Shown: positions 8,150-17,974, counted from the first letter of the stretch. The stretch: DNA of 64,000 bases from Candidatus Methylomirabilia bacterium (GCA_041497115.1 JBGQFW010000003.1:15120-79119), one strand, 5' to 3'. Made by a program: numbers and translations. The notes: generated by a model not told the origin, from the letters alone.

Positions 8150-11100
8150 GCACCGACCTCTTCATCCGCCGCCCCGTCCTCACCACGCTGCTGATGGCGG
8201 CGATCCTGCTCTTCGGCGTCATGGGCTTCCGCCTGCTGCCGGTGAGCGATCTGCCCAACGTGGACTTCCCGACGATCCAGGTGCAGGCCGCGCTGCCCGG
8301 CGCCAGCCCGGAGACGATGGCCTCGGCGGTGGCGACGCCGCTCGAGAAGCAGTTCCTCACGATCGCCGGCATCGACTCGATGACCTCGTCGAGCGCGCTC
8401 GGCATCACCCAGATCACCGTCCAGTTCTCGCTCGACCGGTCCATCGACGCCGCCGCCCAGGACGTGCAGGCCGCCATCACCAAGGCGGCGCCGCTGCTGC
8501 CGCCCGGCATGCCGACGCCGCCGACCTACCAGAAGGTGAACCCGGCCGACCAGCCGGTGCTCTACCTGGCGCTGAGCTCGCTGACGCTGCCGCTCTACCA
8601 GGTGGACGACTACGCGCAGACGTTCCTCGCCCAGCGCATCTCCACCATCAACGGGGTGGCCCAGGTGCAGGTGTTCGGCTCGCAGAAGTACGCGGTGCGC
8701 GTGCAGGTCGATCCGCGCGCGCTCGCCACCCGCGGCATCGGCATCGACGAGGTCGAGCAGGCGGTGGCCGCCGCCAACGTGAACCTGCCGACGGGCACGC
8801 TGTACGGCCAGCACCAGGCGGTGACGCTGCAGGCCACCGGGCAGCTGATGGACGCCGACGCCTACCGGCCGGTCATCGTCGCCTATCGCAACGGCTCACC
8901 GGTCCGGCTGGAGGAGCTCGGCCGCATCATCAACAGCGTCCAGACCGACAAGGTCGCCTCGTGGTACCGCGGCGAGCGTGCGGTGATCCTCGCCATCCAG
9001 CGGCAGCCCGGCACCAACACCGTCGAGATCGTGGACAGCATCCACACGCTGCTGCCGGCCTTCCGCGAGGCGCTGCCCGCCGCGATGAACCTGGTGACCC
9101 TCTACGACCGCTCGGTGGCCATCCGGAACTCGGTCCACGACGTGGAGATGACGCTGCTCCTGGCCATCGCGCTGGTCGTCCTCGTCATCTTCCTGTTCCT
9201 GCGCAACCTGTCGGCGACGGTGATCCCCAGCCTGGCGGTGCCGATGTCGATCATCGGCACCTTCGCCGTCATGTACGTGCTCGGCTACACGCTGGACATC
9301 ATCTCGCTCATGGCGCTCACGCTGTGTGTCGGCTTCGTGGTGGACGACGCGGTGGTCATGCTCGAGAACATCGTGCGCCACATGGAAGCGGGCATGCCGC
9401 GCATGGAGGCCGCCCTGAAGGGTGCCCGCGAGATCGGCTTCACGATCCTGTCCATGACGCTCTCGCTCGCCGCCGTCTTCATCCCGGTGCTGTTCATGGG
9501 CGGGGTGGTGGGGCGGCTGCTGCACGAGTTCGCGGTGACGATCGGCGTGGCCGTGCTGATCTCGGGGTTCGTCTCGCTCACGCTGACGCCGATGCTCTGC
9601 AGCCGCTTCCTGCGCCCGCCCGGCCACTCCCACGGCCGTCTGTACTTGCTGTCCGAGCGCGCCTTCGACGGGATGCTGCGCCTCTACGACCGGACGCTGC
9701 AGTGGACCCTCCGGCACGGGGTCACGACCATGGCCACGCTCCTCGCGACCGCGGTGGCGAGCCTCGCCCTCTTCTACGTCATCCCCAAGGGGTTCATCCC
9801 CAACGAGGACACCGGCCAGTTCTTCGGCTTCACCGAGGCCGCCCAGGACGTGTCGTTCGAGGCGATGAAGGAGCACCAGCAGGCGGTGGCCCGGGTCCTG
9901 CTCGCCGATCCCTACGTGGACTCGTTCATGTCGTCCATCGGGGCGAGCCCGATCAACCCGAACCCCAACACCGGCCGCGTGTTCGTTCGCCTCAAGCCGC
10001 GCGCGCAGCGGCCCGACGTCGAGAAGGTGATCGCGGAGATCCGCCCCAAGCTGGCGGCGGTGCCGGGGATGAACGCCTACCTCCAGAACCTGCCCACGAT
10101 CCGGATCGGCGGCAACCTCACCAAGGCGGTCTACCAGTACACGCTCCAGGACACCGATCTCGCCGAGCTCTACCAGTGGGCGCCGCTGCTGTTCCAGAAG
10201 CTCCGCGAGCTGCCCGCCCTGATCGACGTCAACACCGATCTGCAGATCTCCACGCCGCAGCTCACGGTGCAGATCGACCGTGACCGCGCCTCCGCGCTGG
10301 GCGTGACGCCGGCCCAGATCGAGAACGCGCTCTACAGCGCCTACGGCTCCAAGCAGGTCTCGACGATCTACACCCCGTCCAACCAGTACTGGGTGATCCT
10401 CGAGCTGGACCCGCAGTACCAGAAGGACGCCACCGCGCTGTCGATGCTCTACATCCGCTCGTCGAGCGGCAAGCTGGTGCCGATCGACGCGGTGGCGCGC
10501 CTCACGCCCACCGTCGGGCCGCTGACGATCACGCACCTCGGCCAGCTGCCGTCGGTGACGATCTCGTTCAACCTGCGGCCGGGCGTCTCCCTCGACGAGG
10601 CGCTCGCCCAGGTCGAGCAGGCCAAGCGCGAGCTGCGGTTGCCCGCCACCCTCGCGATGGCTCCCCAGGGCACCGCCCAGGCGTTCCAGGCCTCGCTCAA
10701 GGGGCAGGGCGTGCTGCTCCTCGTCACGGTCATCATCATCTACATCGTGCTCGGCATCCTCTACGAGAGCTTCGTCCACCCGCTCACGATCCTCGCCGGC
10801 CTGCTGCCGGCGGCGGCCGGCGCGCTGCTCACCCTCGTGCTCTTCGGCTCCGAGCTGAACGTGTACGGCTTCGTCGGGATCATCATGCTGGTGGGCATCG
10901 TGAAGAAGAACGCGATCATGATGATCGACTTCGCGCTGGAGGCCGAGCGCGGCGGCACGCCGCCCGCCGAGGCGATCTACCGCGGCTGCCTGCTGCGCTT
11001 CCGGCCGATCATGATGACGACGATGGCGGCGCTGCTCGGCACCCTGCCGATCGCGCTCGGGATCGGCGCGGGCGCCGACGCCCGCCGCTCACTCGGCCTC

Positions 11101-11271
11101 GCCGTCGTCGGCGGCCTCGTCGTCTCCCAGCTGCTGACCCTCTACATCACGCCGGTCCTCTACATCTACATGGACCGGCTGGGGATGCTGCGGGCCCGAC
11201 GGGCGCGCCGTCTCGCCGGCGGGGAGCCGGTGCCCGCCTCGGTCGGCGCCGCCGCCCGCCGTGATGACTGA
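8146..11271 (+). CDS. efflux RND transporter permease subunit (AcrB/MexB family)
   Basis: 1041 aa; MSTDLFIRRPVLTTLLMAAILLFG... canonical RND N-terminus and 12-TM architecture. The start overlaps the adaptor stop. Confidence 0.95.
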   Translation: MSTDLFIRRPVLTTLLMAAILLFGVMGFRLLPVSDLPNVDFPTIQVQAALPGASPETMASAVATPLEKQFLTIAGIDSMTSSSALGITQITVQFSLDRSIDAAAQDVQAAITKAAPLLPPGMPTPPTYQKVNPADQPVLYLALSSLTLPLYQVDDYAQTFLAQRISTINGVAQVQVFGSQKYAVRVQVDPRALATRGIGIDEVEQAVAAANVNLPTGTLYGQHQAVTLQATGQLMDADAYRPVIVAYRNGSPVRLEELGRIINSVQTDKVASWYRGERAVILAIQRQPGTNTVEIVDSIHTLLPAFREALPAAMNLVTLYDRSVAIRNSVHDVEMTLLLAIALVVLVIFLFLRNLSATVIPSLAVPMSIIGTFAVMYVLGYTLDIISLMALTLCVGFVVDDAVVMLENIVRHMEAGMPRMEAALKGAREIGFTILSMTLSLAAVFIPVLFMGGVVGRLLHEFAVTIGVAVLISGFVSLTLTPMLCSRFLRPPGHSHGRLYLLSERAFDGMLRLYDRTLQWTLRHGVTTMATLLATAVASLALFYVIPKGFIPNEDTGQFFGFTEAAQDVSFEAMKEHQQAVARVLLADPYVDSFMSSIGASPINPNPNTGRVFVRLKPRAQRPDVEKVIAEIRPKLAAVPGMNAYLQNLPTIRIGGNLTKAVYQYTLQDTDLAELYQWAPLLFQKLRELPALIDVNTDLQISTPQLTVQIDRDRASALGVTPAQIENALYSAYGSKQVSTIYTPSNQYWVILELDPQYQKDATALSMLYIRSSSGKLVPIDAVARLTPTVGPLTITHLGQLPSVTISFNLRPGVSLDEALAQVEQAKRELRLPATLAMAPQGTAQAFQASLKGQGVLLLVTVIIIYIVLGILYESFVHPLTILAGLLPAAAGALLTLVLFGSELNVYGFVGIIMLVGIVKKNAIMMIDFALEAERGGTPPAEAIYRGCLLRFRPIMMTTMAALLGTLPIALGIGAGADARRSLGLAVVGGLVVSQLLTLYITPVLYIYMDRLGMLRARRARRLAGGEPVPASVGAAARRDD

Positions 11272-11286
11272 GCCGCGCCGGCGGCG

Positions 11287-12195
11287 ATGACGGGCAAGCC
11301 GGCCGTCAGCCTCGTCGCCGTCGCCGGCCGCCGGCGCGCCACCCTCGATCTCGCCCAGCGTCTCGAGACGGAGGGGTTCGGCGGGATCTACTGCCCGAGC
11401 CCGGGCGACGGGCTGGGGCTCTGCCACGCCCTCGCGCTCGTCACCCGCACGATCGCGCTCGGCACCAGCATCGCCAACATCTACACGCGTCACGCCGTCG
11501 ACTACGCGCAGACCGCCGCGGTCATCCACGAGCTGTCGGGCGGCCGGTTCCGCTTTGGCGTCGGCGTGAGCCACGGGCCGATGCACCGGCGACTCGGGCT
11601 GCGGGTCGGCAAGCCGCTCGACGACGTCCGCACGTTCGTCGCCGACGTACGGGCGGCCGCGCCCCAGGTCGGCGCGCTGCCGCCGATCACGCTGGCCACG
11701 CTGCGCCGGCGCATGGTCGAGCTGGCCGGGGAGATCGCCGAGGGGTGCGTCTGGGCCAACGGGGCGCGCTCCCACATGGCGACGTCGCTCTCCCGGCTGC
11801 CTTCGCCGACGCGCACGAGCCCGGACTTCTTCATCGGTGACATGATCCCGACCTGCATCGACGACGACCGCGCGGCCGCCGGAGCGGTGATGCGTAAGAC
11901 GCTCACGTCCTACGTGAAGCTGCCGAACTACCAGAACTACTGGATCGAGGCGGGCTACGCGGAGGAGATGGCGGCGGCGCGCGCCGCGATCGCGCGCGGC
12001 GACGAGGACGGCGTGCGCGCGGCGATGTCCGACCGCTGGCTGCGGGACGTCACGTTGTTCGGCCCGAAGACGGAGGTTCGCGACGGCGTGGAGGCGTGGC
12101 GGGCGGCCGGCGTGCGCACGGTGATCCTGGTGCCGTCCTCCACCCGCGGCGGCCAGATGCAGGCGTTCGAGGAGCTGATCGCCGCGTTTCGCTAG
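11287..12195 (+). CDS. LLM-class (luciferase-like, F420/flavin-dependent) oxidoreductase
   Basis: 302 aa with a TIM-barrel LLM pattern (GFGGIYCPSPGDG...RFRFGVGVSHGP...). Confidence 0.8.
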   Translation: MTGKPAVSLVAVAGRRRATLDLAQRLETEGFGGIYCPSPGDGLGLCHALALVTRTIALGTSIANIYTRHAVDYAQTAAVIHELSGGRFRFGVGVSHGPMHRRLGLRVGKPLDDVRTFVADVRAAAPQVGALPPITLATLRRRMVELAGEIAEGCVWANGARSHMATSLSRLPSPTRTSPDFFIGDMIPTCIDDDRAAAGAVMRKTLTSYVKLPNYQNYWIEAGYAEEMAAARAAIARGDEDGVRAAMSDRWLRDVTLFGPKTEVRDGVEAWRAAGVRTVILVPSSTRGGQMQAFEELIAAFR

Positions 12196-12926
12196 CCCAG
12201 CACCATCCGCTTGAACGCCTCGGCGTGGCGGAGGCCGCCGCGCTTGCCGTCGCGCGCGGCCCATCCCTCCAGGAGCTGATCCACCCACGCGCCCTTCCCG
12301 ACCTGCGAGGCGTGCGCCTTCAGCGCGCGGCACTTGGTCCGGAGCGTGCGCCCGACGTCCACGAACACGTCGGGCGCGAGGGAGCCGGTGATGAGCACCT
12401 GCTTGACCTTGTGCGGCTCGAGCCCCTCCGCCAGCAGCTCGGGGAAGATCGCGCGCGTCTCCGCCGACGGGAACACCGCGTCGAGCGCGGCGCTGGCCGC
12501 CGCGCGGTGGTCGGGGTGGTTGAGGTACTCGCCGCCGTAGTAGCGCACCGTGGGGTCGCCGCACACCACCACGTCGGGCCGCGCGCGGCGGATGACGCGC
12601 GCGAGGTCGCGGCGCATTGCCAGCGTCGGCTCCAGCGTGCCGTCCTCGTAGCCGAGGAAGACGACGTCCCGCACGCCGAGGATACGGGCGGCCGCCCGCG
12701 TCTCGCGCTCGCGGAGGGGGATGAGCCCGTCGCTCGACGGCGTGTGCTCGTTGACGCCGGCGCCGCCGCTGGTGACGAGGCAGAACGTGACGTGGCGTCC
12801 CTGCCGCGCCCAGCGGGCGACGCTGCCGGCGACCGTGAACTCGAGGTCGTCGGGGTGCGCCGCGATGCAGAGGACGCGGCGCAGCGACGCGGCGGGATCC
12901 CAGCCGCCCGGACGGGCGCGGGCCAT
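12192..12926 (-). CDS. PIG-L family deacetylase (LmbE-like)
   Basis: RVLCIAAHPDDLEF...HPDH motifs. The start overlaps the aminotransferase stop. Confidence 0.85.
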   Translation of the reverse strand: MARARPGGWDPAASLRRVLCIAAHPDDLEFTVAGSVARWARQGRHVTFCLVTSGGAGVNEHTPSSDGLIPLRERETRAAARILGVRDVVFLGYEDGTLEPTLAMRRDLARVIRRARPDVVVCGDPTVRYYGGEYLNHPDHRAAASAALDAVFPSAETRAIFPELLAEGLEPHKVKQVLITGSLAPDVFVDVGRTLRTKCRALKAHASQVGKGAWVDQLLEGWAARDGKRGGLRHAEAFKRMVLG

Positions 12927-14299
12927 CAGCGGGGGGCCAGCGCCTCGGCCGTCTCGTCGAGCGCGCGGCCCAGCCGCCGCAGCAGCTCGTCCACCTCCGG
13001 CTCGGTGATGATCAGCGGCGGGCAGACCGAGATCGTATCTTGCAGGTTGCGCACGATCAGGCCGTGGGCCTGGGCGCGGGCGACGAGCAGCGCGCCGGCG
13101 GTGGCGGGCGGCTCGAACGTGCCGCGCCCCGGCTTGTCGGGGACGAGCTCGACGCCGGCCACCAGCCCCACGCCGCGCACGTCGCCCACCAGCGGGTGGC
13201 CGGCCAGCCGGCGCAGGCCGTCCTGCAGCCGCGGCCCGACGCGCGCCACGTGGCCGAGCAGGTCGCGCTCCGCGTAGATGTCGAGGCTCTCGAGCGCGAC
13301 GGCGCACGCGGCGGGGTGGCCGGTGTAGGTGTAGCCGTGGGCGAAGACGCCGAGCTTGTCGCTCTGGCCGACGCACGCGCGGTAGATCTCCTCGGAGATC
13401 ACGGTGGCCGAGAGCGGCAGGTAGCCGGAGGTGATCGCCTTGGCCATCGTCATGATGTCGGGGCGCAGCCCGAACGTCTCGGTGCCGAACATGCGGCCGG
13501 TGCGGCCGAAGCCGCAGATGACCTCGTCGGCGATCAGCAGCACGTCGTGCTTCTTCAAGACGGCCTGCACCTGGTCGAAGTAGGTGGCGGGCGGCACCAG
13601 CACGCCGCCAGCGCCCATGACCGGCTCGGCGATGAACGCCGCCACCGTGTCGGGATCCTCGCGCTGGATCTGCGCGTCGAGGCTCTCGGCCAGCCGCGTC
13701 GCGAACTGTGCCTCCGTCTCGCCGGGCTTGCCGTACCGGTAGAAGTACGGGCAGTCGGCGTGACGCACCTGGGGGATCGGCAGGTCGAAGTCGCGGTGCG
13801 AGGCGGCGATGCCGGTGAGGCTGGCGGCCGCGATCGTGGTGCCGTGATACGCGCGCTGGCGCGCGATGATCTTCTTCTTGCGGGGGCGGCCGCGGGCGTT
13901 GTTGTAGTACCAGACGAGCTTGACCGCCGTCTCGTTGGCCTCCGAGCCGGAGTTGCTGAAGAAGACCTTCGACATCGGCACCGGCATGAGGCGGACGAGC
14001 CGCTCGGCCAGCGTGATCGCCACGTCGTTGGCCTTGCCGCCGAACTGGTGGTAGTAGGGCAGCGTCCGCAGCTGCCGCGCCGCCGCCTCGGCCAGCCGCG
14101 TCTCGCCGAAGCCGAGCGCGGTGCACCACAGGCCGGCCATCCCTTCCAGATATTCGCGGCCGGACTCGTCGTACACGTACACGCCCTTGCCGCTCGTGAT
14201 GACCAGCGGCCCCTCGCTCTCGTGGCGGCCGAGGTGGGTGAACGGATGGAGCTGGTAGGCGACGTCGCGGGCGCGGCTCGTGGCCGTCGGCGTGGTCAT
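12926..14299 (-). CDS. class-III (omega) aminotransferase, PLP-dependent
   Basis: MTTPTATSRARDVAYQLHPFTHL...GSEANETAVKL...ADEVICGFGRTG...TMAKAITSGYLPL (PLP-binding Lys) signature. An alternative ATG lies 21 nt upstream, at 14320. Confidence 0.85.
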   Translation of the reverse strand: MTTPTATSRARDVAYQLHPFTHLGRHESEGPLVITSGKGVYVYDESGREYLEGMAGLWCTALGFGETRLAEAAARQLRTLPYYHQFGGKANDVAITLAERLVRLMPVPMSKVFFSNSGSEANETAVKLVWYYNNARGRPRKKKIIARQRAYHGTTIAAASLTGIAASHRDFDLPIPQVRHADCPYFYRYGKPGETEAQFATRLAESLDAQIQREDPDTVAAFIAEPVMGAGGVLVPPATYFDQVQAVLKKHDVLLIADEVICGFGRTGRMFGTETFGLRPDIMTMAKAITSGYLPLSATVISEEIYRACVGQSDKLGVFAHGYTYTGHPAACAVALESLDIYAERDLLGHVARVGPRLQDGLRRLAGHPLVGDVRGVGLVAGVELVPDKPGRGTFEPPATAGALLVARAQAHGLIVRNLQDTISVCPPLIITEPEVDELLRRLGRALDETAEALAPR

Positions 14300-14395
14300 G
14301 GTCGGGCAGGATAGGCGCATTCGATGGTGGCCGCAATCGCGCGCTTGACCCCATGACCTCACCGTCCTAGGCTCGCCGCGCGAGGGGGACCGGTC

Positions 14396-15472
14396 ATGCT
14401 GCGCAAGAGTGTGCTCGCGCTCGGAATCGTGCTGGGGCTGGCCGCGCTGGCGCGACTCGGCGCCTCGGCGGCGGTCGGCGACGCGCCCGTGTTCGAGGTG
14501 GATCCCTTCTGGCCCAAGCCGCTGCCGAACGACTGGCTGATGGGGCAGGCGGCGGGCGTGGCCACCAAGGGCGATCACGTCTGGGTCGTGCAGCGGCCCA
14601 AGAGCCTCACCGAGGACGAGCGCGGCGCCACCCTGACGCCGCCCCGCTCGCTCTGCTGCAAGCCGGCGCCGCCGGTGCTGGAGTTCGACGCCCACGGCGG
14701 CCTCGTCGCGTCGTGGGGCGGCCCCGGGCACGGGCATCCGTGGCCGGACAACGAGCACGGCATCTACGTGGACGACCGCGACGACGTGTGGATCGCCGGC
14801 AACGGCCCCAAGGACGGCATGATCCTCAAGTTCACGCGCGACGGGAAGTTCCTGATGAAGATCGGCGAGCCGGGCGTCGTCGGCAACGACACCGACACCC
14901 ACCACCTCAATCGCCCCGCCAACGTGGTCGTGGATCCCGCCACCCGCGAGCTGTTCGTGGCCGACGGCTACGGCAACCACCGCGTGATCGTCTTCGACGC
15001 CGACACCGGGGCGTACAAGCGCCACTGGGGGGCCAACGGCCGGCCGCCCGGCGACCATAGCGTGAAGCCGTTCGGCAACCCGGTGCACTGCGTGCGCCTC
15101 TCGCGCGACGGCCTCCTCTACGTCTGCGACCGGATGCACAACCGCATCCAGGTCTTCCGCAAGGACGGCTCCTACGTGAAGGAGTTCTTCGTGGCGCCGG
15201 AGACGCGCGGCAACGGCTCGACGTGGGACGTGGATCTCTCGACGGACGCGGCGCAGACCCACCTCTACGACGCCGACGGCGAGAACAACCACGTGTGGAT
15301 GCTGCTGCGCGAGAGCGGGCGGATCGTCGGGCGGTTCGGCCGCAACGGCCGGCAGGCCGGGCAGTTCCACTGGATCCACAACATGGCGGTGGACGCCGCC
15401 GGCAACATCTACACGACCGAGGTGGATACCGGCAAGCGCGCGCAGAAATTCGTGCTGAAGTCACGCCCATGA
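14396..15472 (+). CDS. secreted NHL-repeat beta-propeller protein
   Basis: Signal peptide MLRKSVLALGIVLGLAALARLGASAA, then repeated NHL-like blades (LNRPANVVVDPATRELFVADGYGNHRVIVFD, HNRIQVFRKDGSYV, IHNMAVDAAGNIYTTE). Confidence 0.8.
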   Translation: MLRKSVLALGIVLGLAALARLGASAAVGDAPVFEVDPFWPKPLPNDWLMGQAAGVATKGDHVWVVQRPKSLTEDERGATLTPPRSLCCKPAPPVLEFDAHGGLVASWGGPGHGHPWPDNEHGIYVDDRDDVWIAGNGPKDGMILKFTRDGKFLMKIGEPGVVGNDTDTHHLNRPANVVVDPATRELFVADGYGNHRVIVFDADTGAYKRHWGANGRPPGDHSVKPFGNPVHCVRLSRDGLLYVCDRMHNRIQVFRKDGSYVKEFFVAPETRGNGSTWDVDLSTDAAQTHLYDADGENNHVWMLLRESGRIVGRFGRNGRQAGQFHWIHNMAVDAAGNIYTTEVDTGKRAQKFVLKSRP

Positions 15473-15972
15473 CCGACGAGCAGGCGCGCATCCGCGGCTA
15501 CCTGACGGCGCAGGGTGCGAAGCTCTCGCCCGAGCAGATCATCGGCCGGGTGCAGGAGGCGATGGGCCGGCTGCGCGCGGCGGCCGCCGCGGTGCCGGCC
15601 GTCCGCTTCGCCGAGCGCCCGGCGCCCCAGGAGTGGAGCGCCAACGAGGTGATGGCCCACGTCGTGGAGGCGGGCCGCCACTTCGGCGGCGCCATCGTGC
15701 GGATCATCGACGGCCAGCCGCCGGGAACGCCGAGGGACGTCGCCGCGCGCGACACCACGCCGCGCCCGCTCGACGAATGGTGGGGGCTGCTCGAGCGCGA
15801 CCGCACCGCGCTCTTCCAGCGCGTGCGGAGCTCGCATCCGATGGCGCGGCTGGAGGCGACGATCCCGCATCCGTTCTTCGGCGCGCTCACCTGGCGCGAG
15901 ACGCTGCTGTTCATGCGGCTGCACGACCTCGATCACGCCGGGCAGCTCGACAAGGTCGCCGCCGCCCTCTGA
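15469..15972 (+). CDS. DinB family (DinB_2) protein
   Basis: MTDEQARIRGYL...EWSANEVMAHVVEAGRHF...LHDLDHAGQL four-helix-bundle His motifs. The start overlaps the NHL stop (ATGA). Confidence 0.8.
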   Translation: MTDEQARIRGYLTAQGAKLSPEQIIGRVQEAMGRLRAAAAAVPAVRFAERPAPQEWSANEVMAHVVEAGRHFGGAIVRIIDGQPPGTPRDVAARDTTPRPLDEWWGLLERDRTALFQRVRSSHPMARLEATIPHPFFGALTWRETLLFMRLHDLDHAGQLDKVAAAL

Positions 15973-17009
15973 TGCGCGTCGCCATCGGCCTTCGGCTGGA
16001 AGCCAACGAGGACTGGGAGCAGGCCGCCACCTACGTCGTCGAGGCCGAGCGGCTGGGCGTGGACTGCGTGTGGTCGCACGAGTCGTGGGGGCTCGACGCC
16101 GCCACCCCGCTGGCGTTCATGGCCGCCCGCACCGCGCGCATCCGCCTCGGCGCGGGGATCATGCAGGCCGGCACGCGCACGCCCGCGCTGGTGGCGATGA
16201 CCGCGCTCAGCCTGGCCTCGATGTCGGGCGGCCGCTTCGTGCTCGGCCTCGGCGTCAGCGGCCCCCAGGTGATCGAGGGGTGGCACGGCCTGCCCTTCGA
16301 GCGGCCGCTCACGCGCATGCGCGAGGTCGTCGAGATCGTGCGCCGCGCGATCCGCGGCGAGCGCGTCGCGTTCAAGGGCGAGGTCTACGAGCTGCCGCGG
16401 CCGGGCGGCGAGGGCAAGGCGCTGCGCTCCTCCGCGCAGCCGCGCCCCGACATCCCGATCTACCTCGCCACCCTCTCGCCGCGCGGCCTCGAGCTGACCG
16501 GCGAGGTCGCCGACGGCTGGCTCGGCACGTCGTTCATGCCCGACCACGCCCGGATCTTCTTCGATCACATCGAGGCCGGGGCCGGGCGCGCCGGCCGCTC
16601 GCTCGCCCAGCTCGATCTGCAGGCGGGCGGTGCGGTGGCGTTCGGCGACGACGTCGAGCGGCTGGTCGCCGCGCGCAAGCCCGGCCTGGCGTTCACGCTG
16701 GGCGCGATGGGCTCGCGCCAGCACAACTTCTACAACGACGCCTTCAAGCGCGCCGGCTACGCCGACGCCGCCCTCGAGGTGCAGCGGCTCTGGCTCGCGG
16801 GCAAGCGCGACGAGGCCGCCGCCCGCGTGCCCGACGAGATGGCGCTGAAGGCCAACCTGCTCGGCACCGACGCGATGGTGCGCGAGCGGCTGCGCGTCTA
16901 CCGTGCCAGCGGCATCACCACGCTGCGCGTCGATCCCGCCGGCGCCACGCTGGAGGCCCGGCTGGCCACGCTCGGGCGGCTGATGGAGCTCGTCAACTCG
17001 TTGATTTGA
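15972..17009 (+). CDS. LLM-class F420-dependent oxidoreductase
   Basis: MRVAIGLRLEANEDWEQAATYVVEAERLGVDCVWSHESWG... typical F420-dependent LLM sequence. The start overlaps the DinB stop (TGATG). Confidence 0.85.
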   Translation: MRVAIGLRLEANEDWEQAATYVVEAERLGVDCVWSHESWGLDAATPLAFMAARTARIRLGAGIMQAGTRTPALVAMTALSLASMSGGRFVLGLGVSGPQVIEGWHGLPFERPLTRMREVVEIVRRAIRGERVAFKGEVYELPRPGGEGKALRSSAQPRPDIPIYLATLSPRGLELTGEVADGWLGTSFMPDHARIFFDHIEAGAGRAGRSLAQLDLQAGGAVAFGDDVERLVAARKPGLAFTLGAMGSRQHNFYNDAFKRAGYADAALEVQRLWLAGKRDEAAARVPDEMALKANLLGTDAMVRERLRVYRASGITTLRVDPAGATLEARLATLGRLMELVNSLI

Positions 17010-17034
17010 CGTGATGGCCTGAATCTGGCTATAT
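17005..17034 (+). promoter_or_regulatory. sigma70-like promoter (TTGACG, 18 nt, TATATT) overlapping the inverted repeat CTGGC-N9-GCCAG
   Basis: It lies directly upstream of the toxin-antitoxin pair. A dyad over the -10 box is typical of an autoregulated TA operator. Confidence 0.4.
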
Positions 17035-17043
17035 TCTGGCCAG

Positions 17044-17367
17044 ATGCGCTACGAGGTCATCCTGGCTCCGGTTGCCGTCACGGCGTTCCGGGCCTTGCCG
17101 GCCTTTCGGCGCGCCGAAGTCCGAGACGCTCTGGAGCGGCATTTACGATACGAGCCGACCCGCGTGAGCAGGAGCCGGATCAAGCGCCTTCGCGGATTGA
17201 GGCAACCGCAATTTCGGCTCCGGGTCGGGGAGGTGCGAGTCTTCTATGACGTCACGTCTGAAGCCGTCCAGGTCCTCGCGGTCGTCACGAAGGCCGAAGC
17301 GTCACGGTGGCTCGCCGAACACGGCACGCCGGATGCGCCGGGTGGCGCTGGCCGAGGTGAAGGATGA
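17044..17367 (+). CDS. type II toxin, RelE/ParE family
   Basis: FRLRVGEVRVFYDVTSEAVQVLAVVTKAEA matches the RelE/ParE consensus (R.RVGDYR.IY.V....V.IL.I.HR). Confidence 0.7.
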   Translation: MRYEVILAPVAVTAFRALPAFRRAEVRDALERHLRYEPTRVSRSRIKRLRGLRQPQFRLRVGEVRVFYDVTSEAVQVLAVVTKAEASRWLAEHGTPDAPGGAGRGEG

Positions 17368-17578
17368 CCTGTCGCGATTTCTGCGCCTGGCGGGATCGCA
17401 GGACATCGTCATCACGCGCCACGGGAAGCCGGCCGGGCTGCTGATCGGATTCGAGACCGAGGAAGATTGGTTCGACTATCGCCTCGAGCATCACCCGGAG
17501 TTCCTGCGACGCGTTGCCGAAGCCCGATCGGCCTTCCGGGCGGGGCGTGGGACCCGACTCGAGAACCTCTCCTCGTAG
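17333..17578 (+). CDS. type II antitoxin, Phd/YefM family
   Basis: MRRVALAEVKDDLSRFLRLAGSQDIVITRHGKPAGLLIGFETEEDWFDY is a Phd/YefM fold sequence. The internal ATG at 17333 overlaps the toxin 3' end by 35 nt. Confidence 0.7.
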   Translation: MRRVALAEVKDDLSRFLRLAGSQDIVITRHGKPAGLLIGFETEEDWFDYRLEHHPEFLRRVAEARSAFRAGRGTRLENLSS

Positions 17579-17587
17579 CGGCAGCCG

Positions 17588-17974
17588 TCAGACGCTGGCG
17601 ATCGCCTCGATCTCGATGCGGGCGCCGCGCGGGAAGTCCTTGACGGATACGGTCGAGCGCGCGGGCGGCACGTCGCCGACGTGCTTGCGGTAGACCTCGT
17701 TCATCGCCGCGAAATCGGCGAAGTCCACGAGGAACACCGTCGTCTTCACGATCCGGCCGAGGCCGCTGCCGCTCGCTTCCAGGATGGCCTTGATATTGCG
17801 GAAGACCTGCTCGGTCTGCTCCTCGATCGTCGTGCCGACGACCTCGCCGGCCGGGGAGAGCGGGAGCTGGCCGGAGACGAAGACGAAGTCGCCGCAGCGG
17901 ATGGCCTGCGAGTAGGGCGCGCCCTGGAACGGCGCCGGCGCCTTGTCGGTGCGGACGGCGGACTTGGTGGGCAT
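17588..17974 (-). CDS. ridA: RidA family protein (YjgF/TdcF reactive-intermediate deaminase)
   Basis: PAPFQGAPYSQAIRCGDFVFVSGQLPL...ARSTVSVKDFPRGARIEIEAIA. Confidence 0.9.
   Translation of the reverse strand: MPTKSAVRTDKAPAPFQGAPYSQAIRCGDFVFVSGQLPLSPAGEVVGTTIEEQTEQVFRNIKAILEASGSGLGRIVKTTVFLVDFADFAAMNEVYRKHVGDVPPARSTVSVKDFPRGARIEIEAIASV

Noticed and set aside
8896-10779. 627-aa minus-strand ORF inside the RND pump gene
   Set aside because: Arg/Gly/Asp/His-rich antisense frame. The plus strand encodes a textbook AcrB-family protein.
12926-15379. 817-aa minus ORF
   Set aside because: Only the distal 458 codons (aminotransferase) are real. The proximal part is antisense to the NHL and DinB genes.
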